From a virus (Duplodnaviria > Heunggongvirae > Uroviricota > Caudoviricetes), in the IMG/VR virus record IMGVR_UViG_2531839402_000001: a DNA stretch of 46,987 bases; one strand, written 5' to 3'. The notes under the pieces are model-generated. The model made no database searches, had not been told where the DNA came from, and saw nothing but the letters and a program-made list of their open reading frames with translations. The position numbers were made by a program, and so were the translations under genes. Positions 37,227 to 44,840 of this stretch are shown one piece after another. The first letter of the stretch is position 1; each line of letters begins with the position of its first letter.

Positions 37227-38786
37227 ATGACTGTTAGGATTGTTTCGAACGCGGTCAACGCTATGGTCTCCGGCGCTGATGACAACGTGAAGCGACTCGT
37301 CCAGGAAATGCTGAGTTACGAAGTCGAAGCCGGCGACTGGAAAGGCACCAGTACTATGTTCAACTGGAGCAAAAATGCCTTCCCCGCGGGTTTTGCCAAA
37401 TCGGTAGCAGCCAATCTGGTGAAGGCTGGCATCAAATGCGTCCATATTCGCAAAGACAAGGTTCCGGCGCTGGGCAAACCAAACCCGGCAGTTAACCCCT
37501 TCCCCTATAATCCGGACTATGCGTATCAAGATCAGGCTGTAGAGACACTGGTTCGCGAAGGAATGATGATTGCGCAGATCGCCACTGGCGGGGGAAAGTC
37601 TAACGTGGCTTGCAAAGCCGCGGCGCGTATTGGGCGCATGACGCTGTTTTTAACCACCCGCTCTGTACTTATGTTCCAAATGGCAGATAACTTCCAGAAG
37701 TCGATAGACTATCGAGCTGAGAATGGCGAACAGTGGCTCAAAGGTCAGAAGGTTGGCATCATTGGTTCTGGTGAGTTTCAGGTATCTCGCCATATCAATG
37801 TCGCAACAGTGCAAACCCTGGCGAGTTTTCTTGAAGAGCCTCCACGCGATATGCCGGCGGACAAAAAGGCTTATCATCTTAAGCGCCGGGAGCTGGTTAA
37901 GCGTTTCCTCTCAAGTGTCTCACTGCTAATCCTTGAAGAAGCACACGAATCCTCCGGTTCAAACTTTTATGACATCGCCAGGCTGTGCATTAACGCAGAC
38001 TATCGTCTGGCGCTGACCGCTACCCCGTTTATGAAAGCTTCAACTGAGGCCAATATGCGTCTGATGGCTGTTGCTGGACGCATCGAGATAAAGGTCACTG
38101 AAAAATATCTGATCGAGCGAGGTATTTTGGCCAAACCCTACTTCGTATACCATAAAATCGCGTACACTCCGGATGAGGCTCGTATACGAGCGGAGCTCGC
38201 TTCCAAGCATCTGAACTTCAGAGTTGGGATGAGCACGCCGTATCAGAAAGCTTATCAGCTCGGTATCGTTTACAATATTGGACGTAACGAGGCCGTCGTT
38301 CGCGACGCGCTGATGTACCGTGATCATGGACTGAACTGTATGACTCTGGTGAGGATCAAACGCCACGGTCAGATACTGATGGAAATGATGAAAGAGAGCG
38401 GCTTACGGGTAGATTTTATTTACGGTGAATCCAACCAAAGTACCAGACAGGCTAAGCTCAACAGCCTGGCTGCAGGGAAAATTGATGTGCTGATCGGCTC
38501 TACGATACTGGATGTCGGTGTCGATGTGCCAAGTGTTGGCGCCGTAATTCTTGCCGGAGGAGGCAAGGCCGAAGTCGAAATGCGTCAACGTGTTGGTCGC
38601 GGCCTTCGAGCCAAGAAAAATCAGGCAAATGTGTGTTTTATTTCGGATTTTATCGATATAAGCAACAAACACCTGATGTCACACTCATACGAACGAAAAC
38701 ACATTATTGACACCACTCCCGGGTTTGCGGAAGGCGTGTTGCCTGTCGGGAGCAGTTTTGACTTTGGTGTATTACAAAGAGATTAA
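37227..38786 (+). CDS. SF2 DExH-like helicase, 519 aa
   Basis: YQ Q-motif, IATGGGKS, LILEEAH (variant Walker B), LTATP, LDVGVDVP, QRVGRGLR. Confidence 0.92.
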   Translation: MTVRIVSNAVNAMVSGADDNVKRLVQEMLSYEVEAGDWKGTSTMFNWSKNAFPAGFAKSVAANLVKAGIKCVHIRKDKVPALGKPNPAVNPFPYNPDYAYQDQAVETLVREGMMIAQIATGGGKSNVACKAAARIGRMTLFLTTRSVLMFQMADNFQKSIDYRAENGEQWLKGQKVGIIGSGEFQVSRHINVATVQTLASFLEEPPRDMPADKKAYHLKRRELVKRFLSSVSLLILEEAHESSGSNFYDIARLCINADYRLALTATPFMKASTEANMRLMAVAGRIEIKVTEKYLIERGILAKPYFVYHKIAYTPDEARIRAELASKHLNFRVGMSTPYQKAYQLGIVYNIGRNEAVVRDALMYRDHGLNCMTLVRIKRHGQILMEMMKESGLRVDFIYGESNQSTRQAKLNSLAAGKIDVLIGSTILDVGVDVPSVGAVILAGGGKAEVEMRQRVGRGLRAKKNQANVCFISDFIDISNKHLMSHSYERKHIIDTTPGFAEGVLPVGSSFDFGVLQRD

Positions 38787-38788
38787 TT

Positions 38789-39064
38789 ATGACCGAAAAT
38801 CGCTCAATTTCATGTCAGGTGAAGCTCACCGAAAAAGCCAACGAAAAGCTTGGTTCGTTCAAAACGCGCCTGAAAGAGCGCAACATCAAAATGTCTAAGT
38901 CAGACATCATTAACCTTGTTCTGACCAAGATGAGCACAGCAGAGTTTGAGAAGATCGCGACCTCGATGGCAGCGGCTGAGAACGCTAGACAGAAAGTGTT
39001 GCAGATCTACGAGAACTCCGGGATGACCAAGGAAGACTTGGAAGATATCCTCAAACGTCTCTAA
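38789..39064 (+). CDS. Small putative DNA-binding protein (RHH-like), 91 aa
   Basis: Alternating beta strand SISCQVKLT then helix-turn MSKSDIINLVL; co-transcribed with the helicase. Confidence 0.6.
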   Translation: MTENRSISCQVKLTEKANEKLGSFKTRLKERNIKMSKSDIINLVLTKMSTAEFEKIATSMAAAENARQKVLQIYENSGMTKEDLEDILKRL

Positions 39065-39075
39065 CGCGTACTTAC

Positions 39076-39106
39076 GGAGGGCGTGGGTAAAAAGCTCTCG
39101 CCCTCC
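39076..39106. terminator. Hairpin between convergent genes
   Basis: GGAGGGCG...CGCCCTCC stem. Confidence 0.55.
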
Positions 39107-39114
39107 TCTACCAT

Positions 39115-39552
39115 TTATTTATAGGCTGTTTTCATGATGAACAGCTCTGCCGACACCGTCACCCCGATCCGATATTCGTCTTGCTTATCTTTTGACACCA
39201 TGATTTCTCTTTCGGTGTTCATCTTGCCGCACATAATAGACATACCCTGCAGATCTACAGACAGAATATGCTCGCCATAAGGCAGGTTTAACTCAACCTT
39301 CTCAGATGTTTTGATATCAGCAACTGGCTCACCATCAACAGAAAGCCGGCTGGTACAAAGCGCACCCTTACTGCCAGAGTCTCGTTTCACGATGATTTTT
39401 TGCGTATTCTCTGACGGCGTATTGTATTTGGTCGACAGTATTCTCGACGCTGGGACTGGGTCGGCAGCACTCGTCCTGACCGCCTGGGTTGAACATCCGG
39501 CCACCAGTAAACTGGAGGTTAGCAAAGCTATTAATGCGCACTTGTTCATCAT
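39115..39552 (-). CDS. Lipoprotein (DUF2846-like), moron-type
   Basis: Signal peptide with lipobox VAG-C; VKRDSG..G..C...VDG...A.I...E....L..GEH.LSV pattern. Confidence 0.8.
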   Translation of the reverse strand: MMNKCALIALLTSSLLVAGCSTQAVRTSAADPVPASRILSTKYNTPSENTQKIIVKRDSGSKGALCTSRLSVDGEPVADIKTSEKVELNLPYGEHILSVDLQGMSIMCGKMNTEREIMVSKDKQDEYRIGVTVSAELFIMKTAYK

Positions 39553-39707
39553 TCTTCACCATATAGAAACTTGCCTGCAAACTATAACAATTCTAAGTAT
39601 TTGCAACAAGGTAACGCTTTTTCGCCTGTCAAAACTAAGGAAATAGAAGATAATGGTGACTCGTACCTTCTGGTAATTTTTATCGCATAACATGAGGCGT
39701 TTAAAAT

Positions 39708-40238
39708 ATGCCCAATACCATTACCGATATCACCTACGGGATACCTGCTGAGGTCTGGCCGCGCGATTACTCAAAAGTAGAGGCGTCGTTGATGTTCTGG
39801 CGCAAGGAGCAAATTCCCGTCAAGGTCACGATGGAAGATGGCCAGGTGTTCTGCATGTACGTTCAGGGGACGATGTCCTCCCGTAACAAGGTAGATCTAT
39901 GCCCGGCGCCGTTCGACAAAGACAATCGTGTAAGGTTGCCACTTGAGCGAATCAGCACTATCGAGTCAGGTGTAAATGACGCTGTCACCCATGATTTCGT
40001 TGGTCGCGTAACCGTACATCCAGACTATGTTGATAACCGGCCATCCCGCCGTGATTTCTTTAAAATTTGCCGCCAGGCCCACGAGAACCAGAAATCAGTA
40101 AGGGTCTACATGGCGGACGGCCGCGAAATTGAAGGTGTGTCACTTGGCGTCGACGCTTGTCAGGTCACACTTGCCGTTGGGAACGGGCGAAAAATGATCG
40201 TCCTGTTTGATTGGGTTGAACGAATTCTGCCGTTTTAG
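39708..40238 (+). CDS. Protein with two Sm/LSm-like domains, 176 aa
   Basis: GAGG RBS; two copies of (P/S)V(K/R)V.M.DG...[beta]...(L/F)(E/D)(R/W)(I/V) resembling the Sm1/Sm2 motifs. Confidence 0.65.
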   Translation: MPNTITDITYGIPAEVWPRDYSKVEASLMFWRKEQIPVKVTMEDGQVFCMYVQGTMSSRNKVDLCPAPFDKDNRVRLPLERISTIESGVNDAVTHDFVGRVTVHPDYVDNRPSRRDFFKICRQAHENQKSVRVYMADGREIEGVSLGVDACQVTLAVGNGRKMIVLFDWVERILPF

Positions 40239-40247
40239 GATATTGAT

Positions 40248-40547
40248 GTGAAAACTGTAGCAGCATTAACATTCTTAACTTTCATTTTTAGCTCTTCCGC
40301 ATTTTCTCAAGAAAATAGCATTGAACGAGCTCAACGTGTCACTACAAAGGTGTGTTCAAAGGCGGAAGACTACGATTTGTGCATGTTAGAGCTAAGCATG
40401 GCTTTAGGCGCTGCATATCAAGATGGACTGATCGTTTCGGGATGCAAGTTGGGGCTTGATGAGCCTTCGAAAGACAAATGCGAAAACTCGGAACGTTTTG
40501 GGGAGTATATAATAAAAGAAATCAGGAACTATGCAAAAAAGATGTAA
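40248..40547 (+). CDS. Small exported protein with four cysteines, 99 aa
   Basis: GTG start; Sec signal ending S-A-F-S; four Cys in the mature part; AT-rich. Confidence 0.7.
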   Translation: MKTVAALTFLTFIFSSSAFSQENSIERAQRVTTKVCSKAEDYDLCMLELSMALGAAYQDGLIVSGCKLGLDEPSKDKCENSERFGEYIIKEIRNYAKKM

Positions 40548-40560
40548 ATTCCTATAAGGG

Positions 40561-40586
40561 TAATAACCGGCTATGTCCGGTTATTA
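40561..40586 (+). terminator. Hairpin terminator
   Basis: TAATAACCGG-CTATGT-CCGGTTATTA followed by TTT. Confidence 0.7.
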
Positions 40587-40764
40587 TTTATGGGTCATTT
40601 CCCGATAAATTAAATCACCATAAGTATGGTCAGAGCTAAATATATAAGGGTAATACACCGAGTACGGAATTTATTTAGGCAACACCTTCGAGAAAACGCT
40701 ATTTATTTCTAAGACTTTGATTTATTTGTGAAATAAATTTTTTATCACCCCTTGCGAAAAACTC

Positions 40765-40792
40765 TTGATTTTATTTTTTGTATGTCGATAAT
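40765..40792 (+). promoter_or_regulatory. Sigma70-like promoter for the 216-aa gene
   Basis: TTGATT-16 nt-GATAAT in a very AT-rich interval. Confidence 0.55.
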
Positions 40793-40870
40793 TACTTACA
40801 TCGAAAGCAAACATGCTGACGATAGACGAAAAACAAAATAAGTTTTCAATATTACATAAGGATTAAAATC

Positions 40871-41521
40871 ATGTCTAACGTAACCATTTCTAAAAAATCC
40901 ATCATTGATGCTGCTGTAGTTATCACTGACGAATTACAATTAAAAGCAGATCAAGCTACACAGACTTACAACGAACATTATCAGAATGGCACGCACACCA
41001 AAGCAGATAAAGCTAACATGCTTGCAGCGTCTACTAAACTTGCATACTTCGTGAATAACGTTGTAAACGCAGTAAACGACGATAAGCTGTCTGGTGTCTT
41101 CTACTACGCGATTAAAGCAAGCAAGCAAACGCCAGAAGTGTTTTTCCGCGAAGCGATGACAAATAGCTACTCTCTCGAAAAGCTGGTTTATCTGGTTAAA
41201 TCTATCAAGTCTGGTAAATGTGTGTATTCAGTCGCTGATATGTCCGGATCTCGCGTATTCGCTTTAATCGATATGATTAACGATGAGATCGACACGTTCA
41301 CAAATGGTGCTGTTTTCGATTTGATGAATGAAGCAAAACAAGCAAATGAAATTAAGTTAGATGCAGGATATACGCAAGCCAACCAGCTGATTAATCTGTG
41401 TGAACGTCTGGGACTGGTCGAGAAGATTAAAGGAATGGGCGCTGCCAAAAACGGATCGCAGCAATATCGCTTTATCAAAAATGATTTTTATAACTATCTG
41501 GCTGACGCTTTCAAAGCATAA
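40871..41521 (+). CDS. Hypothetical protein, possible C-terminal winged helix, 216 aa
   Basis: AAGGA RBS; C-terminal YTQANQLINLCERLGLVEK...QQYRF pattern. Confidence 0.8.
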   Translation: MSNVTISKKSIIDAAVVITDELQLKADQATQTYNEHYQNGTHTKADKANMLAASTKLAYFVNNVVNAVNDDKLSGVFYYAIKASKQTPEVFFREAMTNSYSLEKLVYLVKSIKSGKCVYSVADMSGSRVFALIDMINDEIDTFTNGAVFDLMNEAKQANEIKLDAGYTQANQLINLCERLGLVEKIKGMGAAKNGSQQYRFIKNDFYNYLADAFKA

Positions 41522-41533
41522 GTAGACGGATTC

Positions 41534-41552
41534 AGCGCCCACTATGGGCGCT
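41534..41552 (+). terminator. Terminator hairpin, copy 1
   Basis: AGCGCCCA-CTA-TGGGCGCT followed by AGTTTT. Confidence 0.75.
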
Positions 41553-41571
41553 AGTTTTAAGGATAAAAATC

Positions 41572-41775
41572 ATGATTAGCTATGACCAGATCCGCGCGGA
41601 GTATCGCGCTAAATATCGCGCTTATAAACTTGAACTCATCGACGAATTAAGCGCCCAGCGTGACGCGCTAAACTTTACGTTCTCTGATTTGCTTAACAGC
41701 AAGCGAGACTGTAAACGGAAAAGAGAATATTTGCGCTTGTCTGAAATGATCGGAAAGTTGCAAAACAGCATTTAG
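41572..41775 (+). CDS. Hypothetical protein, 67 aa
   Basis: AAGGA RBS; bounded by two identical terminators. Confidence 0.7.
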   Translation: MISYDQIRAEYRAKYRAYKLELIDELSAQRDALNFTFSDLLNSKRDCKRKREYLRLSEMIGKLQNSI

Positions 41776-41780
41776 CCACC

Positions 41781-41803
41781 AGCGCCCACTATGGGCGCTT
41801 TTT
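41781..41803 (+). terminator. Terminator hairpin, copy 2 (identical 19-mer)
   Basis: AGCGCCCA-CTA-TGGGCGCT-TTTT. Confidence 0.8.
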
Positions 41804-41878
41804 CCGTTTCAGGATCTCCACCATAACGCGCCAACAATGGCGCGTTTTCTTTTATCTGGCGTTCACTCATTCACACCA

Positions 41879-42000
41879 AAAATAAGCGCCATAAACGCGC
41901 CAATTTAACGCTTTTTTACGTGTGGTAGTACATACCCATTACACACAGTAAAAAACACGTTATAGCGCGTTTAAAAGCGTTTTAGCGTGTGGCTTATTTT
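41879..42000. other. About 120-nt imperfect inverted repeat (cruciform or ssDNA hairpin)
   Basis: AAAATAAGC/GCTTATTTT, TAAACGCGC/GCGCGTTTA, TAACG/CGTTA and TTTTTTAC/GTAAAAAA are nested complementary blocks. Confidence 0.75.
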
Positions 42001-42367
42001 GTCGTGTCGTGGGCGTGATCGTCTGGTGACGCGATCCGCGCTATCCTCCGGGGCGTGTCGGCAATATTGGCGCGATCCGTGGGCGCTCACGTATCATTAG
42101 CACGTTGGCGCAACGTGTACGCGCTAACAATGCAGCGCAGATCACAGCGCTGGATGTATGGCGCAAAAACAGCTTACGTCCACCAGCTGGTGACGATTCT
42201 GGTGTCTCCCTCTATACAAATTTTTCCCATGAGGCGACCCCCGCCGTTTCCCGAAAATTTTCTGGCCGTTTCCCGTCGGTTGCCCGGATGGCTTTCTGCC
42301 CGTTCCTGAATTTCCCTGCGGGAGCTGGTGGACGGAAAGAAAGGGGCATTTCCAGCCCCCTCCCCTC

Positions 42368-42850
42368 TTACTTGCCAGCCAGTATGTGAATCCGATTACT
42401 GGCTGGCATCTCTTTCACGAACTCCCCGCAAGTGACCTTCCACGAGTCGATACCGGCTTCGTAAATGACGTTTTTGCACTTAAGAGCATTGTCAGCGATC
42501 CGCACACCCTGAGCGGTTGCTTCCTGGTCTGTAAAGTCGAACCCTGACTCTGTTTTGATCCACACAGCAATCTGTGTTGCGAGCTCGATGAGTTTTGACT
42601 GACAGAACCGCCCGCTTCGAACCGGGAAGATAAACACCCCGAATCCTGAGGTGGTGACATAAGCTTTTTCGAAGACACGCGTGAATCGACGGTTGCAAAT
42701 GATGTCGTTGGCGATCTGCTGCTTCTCTTTCCCGGACAGCTGGATGGTCTCTTCTTCGCGCCAGGCGCCCAGGATGTTCTTTTCAATATCGGAGTATGTG
42801 ATAGAGATGGTGCCATGCGCGGGAGTGTTTACAGTGGCGATATAGTTCAT
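42368..42850 (-). CDS. Hypothetical protein, 160 aa
   Basis: AAAGGA RBS; own upstream promoter/operator element. Confidence 0.8.
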   Translation of the reverse strand: MNYIATVNTPAHGTISITYSDIEKNILGAWREEETIQLSGKEKQQIANDIICNRRFTRVFEKAYVTTSGFGVFIFPVRSGRFCQSKLIELATQIAVWIKTESGFDFTDQEATAQGVRIADNALKCKNVIYEAGIDSWKVTCGEFVKEMPASNRIHILAGK

Positions 42851-42864
42851 TGTGATAATCCTTT

Positions 42865-42899
42865 AAACAACTTGTTTTCTCGTTGGTTTAATTATCGCA
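42865..42899 (-). promoter_or_regulatory. Early-type promoter with AAACAA-N-TTGTTT operator
   Basis: Minus strand TTGGAC-16-GATAAT, then the dyad AAACAACTTGTTT at 42865-42877. Confidence 0.65.
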
Positions 42900-43024
42900 G
42901 TGGGTGTGAGGCGTCCAAGCGTTCTGTTTCGGCAGCTGGTGGCCGTCGGGAAGTCGGTGGGTGTTTCGGTAGCCTGGCGGTAAGAGGTGGGTGTTTTTAG
43001 CCTGCGGGAAAGCAGGTGGTAATT

Positions 43025-43050
43025 GAGGGCCACCAGCATCGGTGGCCCTC
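43025..43050. terminator. Hairpin after the 93-aa gene
   Basis: GAGGGCCACC-AGCATC-GGTGGCCCTC. Confidence 0.65.
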
Positions 43051-43055
43051 CCCTC

Positions 43056-43337
43056 TCAATGAAGTAATCCGATGTCGATGGTGTCGCCTGAATCTGTCAC
43101 GCGGATCATCAGCATAGCGAAGGCATTCAGTGGATAGCCGGCGTGCCATTCCGGGAAGCGGTCATCGCGCATGAAATCGGCAATGTCATAAACGCTATTT
43201 TGATAATGGAAGAAGCGGGAGCTGGTTTGTTCGTCCGGTTCGACGTGATCCATTTCTTTCTGCTCGGCCGGCGACAGGTCAAGCCAGGATTCCAGCCATA
43301 CGTTTTCTGCTTTCGGGGAGATGGTGAAATCGGTCAT
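43056..43337 (-). CDS. Acidic hypothetical phage protein, 93 aa
   Basis: GAGG RBS; 18 D/E versus 6 K/R by hand count; FF.YQ..VYDIADFMR...W..Y motif. Confidence 0.8.
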   Translation of the reverse strand: MTDFTISPKAENVWLESWLDLSPAEQKEMDHVEPDEQTSSRFFHYQNSVYDIADFMRDDRFPEWHAGYPLNAFAMLMIRVTDSGDTIDIGLLH

Positions 43338-43356
43338 GTGCGTTTCCTCACTGCGT

Positions 43357-43420
43357 TAATAACTTGTTTTCTTGTTGGTGTTATTATCGCAACGCAGGAG
43401 AGGCATAAAACAACTTGTTT
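43357..43420 (-). promoter_or_regulatory. Early-type promoter flanked by two operator copies
   Basis: Perfect dyad at 43408-43420, degenerate copy at 43357-43369; TGCGATAAT -10; 29-nt exact identity with 44812-44840. Confidence 0.7.
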
Positions 43421-43463
43421 ACGGGTTGGGGAAAATGGCGCGGGTTACGCGCCATTGGCTGGT

Positions 43464-43871
43464 TTACTGGACGTTGTAGACGGACTCAGGCAGATACTCT
43501 TCCAGAGAGCCGCCAGACACAATGGTAATGCCGTATGAACCAACCCAGGTATTGTTGGCGCCCAGGTTGCCCTCGATCATATCCTGAACCTGTGCCATCA
43601 GGTTTTCGAAAATGGTCTTCGGGTCTGTTCGATAATAGGCTTCAATGGCGGCCAGCAGAGTGTCCGAACCATTTTTCACTGACTGCTCGCCGACGGCATA
43701 AACCTTCGAGCGATCTCGCTTAAGAGTTGTGCGGGCCAGCTGGGTGGTCACATGCGGAACAGCCGATGCATCACGGAACTGAACGGTCAGCTGGGCCAGT
43801 TTATTGCCTTCTTCGTCAGTGCTGGATGCGTAGTAAAGGTCAAATACTAAATCTTCTTTGGTCAAACTCAT
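43464..43871 (-). CDS. Hypothetical protein, 135 aa
   Basis: GGAGG RBS before the ATG at 43871. Confidence 0.8.
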   Translation of the reverse strand: MSLTKEDLVFDLYYASSTDEEGNKLAQLTVQFRDASAVPHVTTQLARTTLKRDRSKVYAVGEQSVKNGSDTLLAAIEAYYRTDPKTIFENLMAQVQDMIEGNLGANNTWVGSYGITIVSGGSLEEYLPESVYNVQ

Positions 43872-43908
43872 TTTTACCTCCATGTAAATGCGTCGTAATA
43901 CTATCGCC

Positions 43909-43926
43909 GTAGGTAAGTACTTACAA
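43909..43926 (-). promoter_or_regulatory. Late-type dyad operator upstream of the 135-aa gene
   Basis: GTAGGTAAG-TA-CTTACAA. Confidence 0.6.
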
Positions 43927-43929
43927 TAC

Positions 43930-43957
43930 AAAAAAGCCCCGAAGGATCGACGGGGCT
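43930..43957 (-). terminator. Intrinsic terminator
   Basis: AGCCCCG...CGGGGCT with a T run on the minus strand. Confidence 0.75.
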
Positions 43958-43990
43958 GTCGTAAATTCGACTAATCTGTGTTGCACATGA

Positions 43991-44302
43991 CTATGCAATG
44001 GCGAGGGTTGTTGCGCGTTGAATTTCCTGCTGGGCGACCTTGTTAACTTCCAGTAAAGCCAACTCCAGATCTGACTCAGGCCAGATAACTTGTTTAGCTA
44101 CCCACCCTTTCCCACTATGGCGCCGGACGTTCATTACGATGCGCTTGCGAGAAGTTTCGCCGAAGACGACAACGGTTTCTTTGAAAAGTCGGATGGCTGT
44201 GCCGTTGGCCACTATGTCCAGTAAAGTGATCGAACCGAGTACTGCAGGTTTGTCTTTGCGAGGCTGGAGTTTATCCAGTTTCAAAATCATCTCGGTATTC
44301 AT
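43991..44302 (-). CDS. Hypothetical protein, 103 aa
   Basis: GGAG RBS before the ATG at 44302; own promoter element. Confidence 0.75.
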   Translation of the reverse strand: MNTEMILKLDKLQPRKDKPAVLGSITLLDIVANGTAIRLFKETVVVFGETSRKRIVMNVRRHSGKGWVAKQVIWPESDLELALLEVNKVAQQEIQRATTLAIA

Positions 44303-44314
44303 TACACACTCCGT

Positions 44315-44349
44315 AAACAACTTGTTTTCTTGTGTGTGTAAATAATACC
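44315..44349 (-). promoter_or_regulatory. Early-type promoter with operator
   Basis: Dyad AAACAACTTGTTT at 44315-44327; minus strand TTGGTG-16-TATTAT. Confidence 0.62.
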
Positions 44350-44413
44350 AGTGTGAAAACGGCCACCAAGCGAAGCGTTCCGGCATTCCGCTGGCCGCAG
44401 GCCACAATCACGC

Positions 44414-44439
44414 AAAAGCCACCTGCTGGTGGCGTTTTT
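44414..44439. terminator. Bidirectional-looking intrinsic terminator
   Basis: AAAA-GCCACC-TGCT-GGTGGC-GTTTTT. Confidence 0.75.
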
Positions 44440-44798
44440 CATAGGGCATCTAATTCCATAAAGAAGGTCACATCCTCGCCTTCAACCAGTCGAGCGTCAT
44501 CTGGCATCGTGTAGGCAAAGTCACCAGAGGCACCATTGTCGTACTCCTTCGACATTCTCACAGAGTCTTTGGCTAAATATTCATAACTGGTATCAAAATC
44601 TACCAGGGAGAGTTTCTCCGTGTTGTGTACGTGAACAGTGCCAAAATCACCATCCCCATACGTGTTAACCATCGCCAGCACGTTAGACAAATCTGGCGCG
44701 ATGTAAAACTCGTTCTGCCCCTCTACTGGTGACGTAATGAGAGCAGTGAAAGAAGTTTTGGCAGCATTACGAGTTGTAAAATAGTAATACCCAGACAT
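44439..44798 (-). CDS. Acidic hypothetical protein, 119 aa
   Basis: AAAGGAG RBS; about 20 D/E versus 7 K/R by hand count. Confidence 0.75.
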   Translation of the reverse strand: MSGYYYFTTRNAAKTSFTALITSPVEGQNEFYIAPDLSNVLAMVNTYGDGDFGTVHVHNTEKLSLVDFDTSYEYLAKDSVRMSKEYDNGASGDFAYTMPDDARLVEGEDVTFFMELDAL

Positions 44799-44811
44799 TG
44801 CATTAACTCCT

Positions 44812-44840
44812 TTGTTTTCTTGTTGGTGTTATTATCGCAA
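44812..44840 (-). promoter_or_regulatory. Early-type promoter element
   Basis: TTGTTTTCTTGTTGGTGTTATTATCGCAA, identical to 43364-43392. Confidence 0.68.

Noticed and set aside
97-44407. Long N-terminal extensions given by the ORF track (e.g. 97, 1567, 4197, 17731, 18877, 25300, 26137, 33325, 43931, 44407)
   Set aside because: They overlap upstream genes or regulatory sites and lack an RBS; downstream starts with clear Shine-Dalgarno sequences were used instead.
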